Positions 59,381-64,000 of a DNA stretch of 64,000 bases are shown piece by piece. The first letter of the stretch is position 1; each line of letters opens with the position of its first letter. The notes under the pieces were generated by a model, which was given only the letters and a program-made list of their open reading frames with translations, had not been told where the DNA came from and searched no databases. The stretch spans positions 6,323 through 70,322 of the forward strand of contig JADGCN010000002.1 of assembly GCA_015228975.1 (NCBI GenBank), written 5' to 3'. The position numbers and the translations under genes are program-made. Origin of the DNA: Magnetococcales bacterium (GTDB taxonomy: Bacteria; Pseudomonadota; Magnetococcia; Magnetococcales; UBA8363).

Positions 59381-59947
59381 ATGATTGCCTCCGCCTACGC
59401 CGCCACTGCGGAGCATGCCGCTGCCGGTTCAGGTATGCCCCAGTTCGAACCTTCCGTGTTCCAGCACCAGATCGTCTGGTCCATTGCCTCGTTTTTTGTT
59501 CTGCTGTACTTGCTCAAGAAGTATGTCCTGCCCCCTATCGAAAAAATTCTTGATGAACGCGGCGGCAAGATTCGCTCTGACTTGGAGGCCGCCGAGAAAA
59601 GCAGACAGGAGGCGGATAAGATTCGTCAGGATGTTCAAAGGCAACTTGCGGCAGCGCGTCGGTTGGCTGATCAGACCGTTGAGGAAGCACGTCTTGAGGC
59701 AGCCAAATATCGCGATCTCGCCAGGGAATCCTTGACTCAGGAGCTTGCCAAGAAAAAGAGCGTTGCTTTGGCGGAAATTGACGCCGCCAAGCGGGCTGCC
59801 GTTGCCGAATTGCATGACGCCGTGGTGGATATCGCCATGCTGGCTACGGAAAAGTTGATCGCCAAGAGTATGAACAAAAATGATGTCAACAAGGTTGTCC
59901 AAGAGGCTGTTGCCGCGATCCAGGCCAATCCGGGAAAATTACAGTAA
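59381..59947 (+). CDS. Fo ATP synthase b'-type subunit
   Basis: GMPQFEPSVF motif (MPQL-like, as in alphaproteobacterial b'), one TM helix, then a long charged helix (ERGGKIRSDLEAAEKSRQEA..). Confidence 0.82.
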   Translation: MIASAYAATAEHAAAGSGMPQFEPSVFQHQIVWSIASFFVLLYLLKKYVLPPIEKILDERGGKIRSDLEAAEKSRQEADKIRQDVQRQLAAARRLADQTVEEARLEAAKYRDLARESLTQELAKKKSVALAEIDAAKRAAVAELHDAVVDIAMLATEKLIAKSMNKNDVNKVVQEAVAAIQANPGKLQ

Positions 59948-60005
59948 TCGGGGCTGGGATCCTGTGACCCTTTTCTTTCGTTCCCTTGTTTGGTGACGCT
60001 TGCGT

Positions 60006-60296
60006 CTACTCGGTGGGTTTGATTGCTTGGGGTGCATTTTTGTCAATGAACAGGATGTCGTCGGGGTAGACAAGGCCCAGGTCGCGACGCGCCACCTCCT
60101 CGAAGACCACCGTTTCTTTGTCCAGCAGTGAAATTTCCTCTTTCAGTCGTTCCAGGCGTTCCTCGACCTCCCGGTTTTCCTGCCGGACTGCCAGGAGCTG
60201 TTGTTTGGTCTGGCGCCAGCGGACCAAGCCCTGGTCACCGAACCACAGGAGGTACTGTGCCCAACCATTGGCAGTCAAAAGAAAGAGCCCTGCCAT
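60006..60296 (-). CDS. ftsB: Cell division protein FtsB (septum formation initiator)
   Basis: TM helix MAGLFLLTANGWAQYLLWFGDQG, then a coiled coil and RRDLGLVYPDD. I prefer the Met at 60296. The ORF-track start at 60371 adds 25 aa. Confidence 0.8.
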   Translation of the reverse strand: MAGLFLLTANGWAQYLLWFGDQGLVRWRQTKQQLLAVRQENREVEERLERLKEEISLLDKETVVFEEVARRDLGLVYPDDILFIDKNAPQAIKPTE

Positions 60297-60369
60297 GACC
60301 CATGCAGAGTTGCTTTTTTCCGGTGTGGTCAAATCGATGTCTCCCTCAATTTTGGATCTTTCAAGTGCC

Positions 60370-61029
60370 ATGAATAGTCATTCCCGGGAACTTTCGCATG
60401 CATTTTTAAACTTTGCCCTCGAGAGCCAAGTCTTGCGTTTTGGGCGGTTTACCACCAAAGCGGGGCGGGAATCCCCCTATTTTTTTGATGCCGGTCTGTT
60501 TAACACCGGGGCCAAGCTGGAAGCCCTCGGGCGTTTTTACGCAGAAACCATCCAGAACCATACGTTGAATTATTCCATGCTGTTCGGTCCAGCCTACAAG
60601 GGGATTGCTTTGGCGACAACAACCGCTTCGGCGTTGTCTCGTTATTATGGTTTGGATATTCCCATCGCGTTCAATCGCAAGGAAGCCAAAGACCATGGTG
60701 AAGGTGGTCAGATGATCGGTTCCCCTTTGACCGGTCGGGTATTGGTCGTGGATGACGTGATCAGTGCCGGCACTTCCGTTGGCGAATCGGCGAACTGGAT
60801 CAAGGCCGCCAAGGCTGAATTATCGGGTGTCATTGTCGCCCTGGACAGGCAAGAGCGCAGCGGCAGCGACAGCCGTAGTGCCGTTCAGCAGGTGGAAGAT
60901 ACGTACGGGGTGCCAGTCATTGCCATCGCCCGGCTGGATGACCTAGTCCATTTGCTTGCTGGAGATGCTGAACATCGTGGCCACCTGCCGGCAATCCTTG
61001 AATATCGCAAACAGTATGGGGTGGATTGA
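60370..61029 (+). CDS. pyrE: Orotate phosphoribosyltransferase
   Basis: FALESQVLRFGRFTTKAGRESPYFFD and the PRPP motif VLVVDDVISAGTS. The ORF-track start at 60118 runs antisense through ftsB. Confidence 0.93.
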   Translation: MNSHSRELSHAFLNFALESQVLRFGRFTTKAGRESPYFFDAGLFNTGAKLEALGRFYAETIQNHTLNYSMLFGPAYKGIALATTTASALSRYYGLDIPIAFNRKEAKDHGEGGQMIGSPLTGRVLVVDDVISAGTSVGESANWIKAAKAELSGVIVALDRQERSGSDSRSAVQQVEDTYGVPVIAIARLDDLVHLLAGDAEHRGHLPAILEYRKQYGVD

Positions 61030-61039
61030 CCGAACCCTT

Positions 61040-61522
61040 CTATTTGCACATTTTTACCGATTTGACAGCCTTGCCTGATCCTTTCAGGACCACCGTGTAA
61101 CTGAAATTTTGCTTGCCATTGGAAAATTCCACGTGCATCTTGGTTTTCCTGGCCAAATTGTCGAGTATGCCCTCGGTGTTTTCAAGGTATTGCCAACGCC
61201 AGTTGTTGTCCTTGGCAGCGGCATCTTTGACGAAAGGAATATCGCGGGCTTTGTCATTATCGAATTTAATGGAGATTTTTTCGTGGGCTAAACCAATGCG
61301 CGGTTTTTCGGTAAACAGTTCGCCGTAGTAGTCGTCGGCTGGAAACAAGGCAATAATGGCAGCGGGTTGCCGATCATTTTCGTGCAGTTGGATTTCAAGC
61401 TTGCAGGTGTTGTCCACCTTGCGAACTGTAAACGGTCCACTTTTGAACATTTCACCGGCCTGTACGGCTCCCCATGGGGTCGACAGAACCAGCAGAGACG
61501 CTAGAATAAGGGGCAGTCGCAT
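61040..61522 (-). CDS. Secreted hypothetical protein
   Basis: Signal peptide MRLPLILASLLVLSTPWGAVQA from the Met at 61522. No family recognised. Confidence 0.55.
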   Translation of the reverse strand: MRLPLILASLLVLSTPWGAVQAGEMFKSGPFTVRKVDNTCKLEIQLHENDRQPAAIIALFPADDYYGELFTEKPRIGLAHEKISIKFDNDKARDIPFVKDAAAKDNNWRWQYLENTEGILDNLARKTKMHVEFSNGKQNFSYTVVLKGSGKAVKSVKMCK

Positions 61523-61783
61523 TCCGCGGTTCTCCTTTTCTTGATGCACATCGATTGACACCCGCCAGGAACCTTGCGGATGCGTGAGGGGTTCCTGAGT
61601 ATCTTTAATATCCAAAGGGGGGCATTATAGCCTGTTCAAAATCATCCCGCCAGAGCTTCTTTGCAAAAAAGTTTGGTATGATGAAGAATGATCCCCGACC
61701 GGTGTCCAAATTGGACTGTCTTGACGAGGATGCACGGTTGCATGAGGGCTTAATGAGGAACAACTTGACAGGAGAGTTCTGTA

Positions 61784-64000
61784 ATGACGGTCACAGGTGA
61801 ACGTATCCGTTGGCTGAAAGGGGCGCTGGAACGGCGTATCCTTGTTCTGGACGGTGCCATGGGGACGATGATTCAACGGCGTTGTTTGAGTGAACAGGAT
61901 TTTCGCGCTTCACGCTTTGCCAATCATCCGGTCGATCTGAAGGGTAACAATGATTTGTTATCCTTGACCCAGCCGGAAGTGATCCGGGAAATTCATCGCA
62001 GTTACCTGGAGGCGGGTGCCGACCTCATCTCCACCAATACCTTCAATGCCAATGCGGTTTCCATGGCCGACTATGGCATGGCGGATCTGGCCTATGAAAT
62101 CAATCGGGAGGGGGCGCGGCTGGCGAGGGAGGTGTGCCACCATTTTGAAGCGACGCACGGGGGGGATCCTCACTTGGTGGTTGGTATTCTGGGACCCACC
62201 AATCGAACCGCCTCCATTTCCCCGGATGTAAACAATCCCGGTTTCCGCAATATATCCTTTGTAGAGTTGCGGGATGCCTATGCCGAATCCATTCGTGGCT
62301 TGGTCGATGGGGGCGTGGATGTGATCATGGTTGAAACCATTTTCGATGCGTTGAACGCCAAGGCGGCCCTTTTGGCGCTCATGGAGTTCAATGATAACCG
62401 TGATGCGGCGCTTCCCATCCTGATTTCCGGCACCCTCACCGATGGTTCCGGGCGGACCCTGACAGGTCAGACGGTTGAGGCCTTTTGGAATTCGGTGGCC
62501 CATGCCGAACCGTTGTCCATGGGCTTTAATTGTGCCCTGGGGGCGGAACAATTACGTCCGCACGTCCAGGAATTGTCTGGTTTGTGTGAACGGTTCGTTT
62601 CGGTTCACCCCAATGCGGGATTACCCAATGAGTTGGGCGCGTACGACGAAACGCCCCTTAAAATGGCCGCCAAGGTCAAGGAATTCGCCGAGTCGGGATG
62701 GGTCAATATTGTCGGGGGGTGTTGTGGTACGACTCCCGATCATATTCGAGCCATCGCCGATGCGGTTCAGGGGATTCCCCCGAGGATTCCCCCGGCCAGA
62801 AAGCACCAGTGTCGTTTGAGCGGCCTGGAAGCGTTTACCATCAGCCCCGGCTCGTTGTTCGTCAATGTCGGTGAGCGGACCAATGTATCGGGATCGCGTC
62901 GTTTTGCCCGTTTGATTCGGGAAGAGGCGTTTGAAGAGGCGCTCGCCATAGCCCGGCAACAGGTCGAGGACGGGGCCAATGTCATTGATATCAACATGGA
63001 TGACCCCATGTTGAATGCCCGGGAATCCATGGTCCGGTTTATCAATCTGGTGGCCGCCGAGCCCGATATCAGTCGGGTACCCATCATGTTGGATTCCTCT
63101 GATTGGGAGGTGTTGCTGGCGGGACTGCGTTGCCTTCAAGGCAAGGGAATCGTCAATTCCATCAGCCTGAAAGAGGGCGAAGAGGCGTTTCTTGCCAAAG
63201 CAAGCCAGGCCAGGTGCCATGGTGCGGCCGTATTGGTGATGGCGTTCGATGAACAGGGACAGGCCGATTCCCGGGAGCGTCGCCGCGCCATCTGCAAACG
63301 GGCTTATGACCTTTTGGTGACCCGGGTCGGATTTTATCCCAGTGATATTATTTTTGATGCCAATGTGTTTGCCGTGGCGACCGGTATTGAGGAACACAAT
63401 GCCTACGCTTTGGACTTTATCGACACGGTCGCCTGGATCAAAACCCATTTACCCGGCGCCCTGACCAGTGGTGGCATCAGCAATGTTTCGTTTTCCTTCC
63501 GGGGCTTTGAACGTATTCGAGAGGGGATGCATGCCGTATTCCTATATCATGCGATCAAGGCCGGTCTCGACATGGGTATTGTCAATCCCGGCCAACTGGC
63601 GGTCTATGAAGCCATTCCCGGGGAGTTGCGGGTGTTGTTGGAAGATGTGATTCAAAATACCGATCCCCTGGCGACGGAAAGATTGTTGGCGGTGGCCGAG
63701 CGGTATCGGGAATCGGGGGAGGCCAAGGGCGATACCCGGGATGCGCAATGGCGGCAGGAGCCGGTGGCGCAACGTTTGATCCATGCCATGGTCAAGGGGG
63801 TGACTGAGTATATCGATGCCGATGTGGAAGAGGCGCGGCTGGCCGCATCACATCCCCTGGACGTGGTGGAAGGCCCTTTGATGGAGGGGATGAATCGGGT
63901 TGGGGAATTGTTTGGTTCGGGACGCATGTTCCTTCCCCAGGTGGTCAAGAGTGCCCGGGTGATGAAAAAAGCGGTGGCTTGGTTGGTGCCTTACATCGAG
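61784..64000 (+). CDS. metH: Cobalamin-dependent methionine synthase, 5' part (truncated by window end)
   Basis: Frame is open from ATG 61784 to the window end (739 codons). Hcy-binding region ([20 protein letters not shown]), pterin-binding region ([18 protein letters not shown]) and the start of the B12-cap region. Absent from the ORF track because no stop lies in the window. Confidence 0.95.
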   Translation, partial: MTVTGERIRWLKGALERRILVLDGAMGTMIQRRCLSEQDFRASRFANHPVDLKGNNDLLSLTQPEVIREIHRSYLEAGADLISTNTFNANAVSMADYGMADLAYEINREGARLAREVCHHFEATHGGDPHLVVGILGPTNRTASISPDVNNPGFRNISFVELRDAYAESIRGLVDGGVDVIMVETIFDALNAKAALLALMEFNDNRDAALPILISGTLTDGSGRTLTGQTVEAFWNSVAHAEPLSMGFNCALGAEQLRPHVQELSGLCERFVSVHPNAGLPNELGAYDETPLKMAAKVKEFAESGWVNIVGGCCGTTPDHIRAIADAVQGIPPRIPPARKHQCRLSGLEAFTISPGSLFVNVGERTNVSGSRRFARLIREEAFEEALAIARQQVEDGANVIDINMDDPMLNARESMVRFINLVAAEPDISRVPIMLDSSDWEVLLAGLRCLQGKGIVNSISLKEGEEAFLAKASQARCHGAAVLVMAFDEQGQADSRERRRAICKRAYDLLVTRVGFYPSDIIFDANVFAVATGIEEHNAYALDFIDTVAWIKTHLPGALTSGGISNVSFSFRGFERIREGMHAVFLYHAIKAGLDMGIVNPGQLAVYEAIPGELRVLLEDVIQNTDPLATERLLAVAERYRESGEAKGDTRDAQWRQEPVAQRLIHAMVKGVTEYIDADVEEARLAASHPLDVVEGPLMEGMNRVGELFGSGRMFLPQVVKSARVMKKAVAWLVPYIE

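Noticed and set aside
58003-59947. Whether the second Fo cluster is part of an N-type (Na+) ATPase
   Set aside because: N-ATPase operons carry their own beta, epsilon, alpha and gamma genes plus atpQ/atpR, and none are present here. The c subunit has Leu where the Na+-binding Gln sits and reads EAVALY (no Ser/Thr after the Glu), so it looks proton-type.
60369-60372. Head-to-head overlap of the ftsB and pyrE start codons (CATG)
   Set aside because: It would imply two divergent genes with no promoter space. FtsB proteins normally begin just before their TM helix, and an in-frame Met at 60296 gives that canonical form. The overlap is most likely an ORF-calling artefact.
61616-61783. Possible riboswitch (cobalamin or SAM) or extended -10 promoter (TGGTATGAT at 61674-61682) upstream of metH
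   Set aside because: I could not find the B12-box or the conserved SAM-II/SAM-V core by eye, and metH is not a typical riboswitch target. The promoter-like match has no -35 element. The evidence is too weak to report as a feature without an Infernal/Rfam scan.

Overview
Densely coding 64-kb chromosomal segment from a moderately GC-rich proteobacterium (composition judged by eye, not computed). I call about 70 genes on both strands and recognise no rRNA, tRNA, CRISPR array, transposase or integrase. Most of it is housekeeping: gpsA, tsaD, hemC-hemD, dtd, a complete F1Fo operon atpIBEFHAGDC (19.0-26.2 kb, minus strand), purD-purE, trpB-trpA, folB-folK, dapA, two class-I c-type cytochromes, smpB, rsmB, engB, dusB-ntrB-ntrC, ftsB, pyrE and the 5' two-thirds of metH. 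Five accessory-looking blocks sit between these. (1) 7.1-18.0 kb: a giant multi-SLBB polysaccharide exporter, an aldolase/SDR fusion, a 1367-aa protein ending in 11 tandem helicase-associated (HA) domain repeats behind an apparently degenerate nuclease/helicase head, and a membrane PilZ protein. (2) 34.6-40.6 kb: two glycosyltransferases of the PEP-CTERM/exosortase-associated type, followed by my top candidate for an undescribed system. This is a small secreted Cys-containing protein with a twin-arginine signal, then a translationally coupled PqqD-like (RRE) protein, an HPr-kinase-related P-loop kinase and a TPR-sulfotransferase. (3) 44.3-48.5 kb: a tightly coupled operon of a small ORF, a Rad50/SMC-like ATPase with a transmembrane hairpin at the coiled-coil apex, an orphan PstS-like binding protein and a DUF62 SAM-cleaving enzyme. 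(4) 48.6-50.9 kb: a coupled MFS transporter and ATP-grasp-like pair. (5) 58.0-59.9 kb: a second, alphaproteobacterial/mitochondrial-type Fo-only cluster (atpI/Z, a, c, b') with no F1 genes next to it. All functional calls come from reading the translated ORFs against remembered family motifs. No database search was run.
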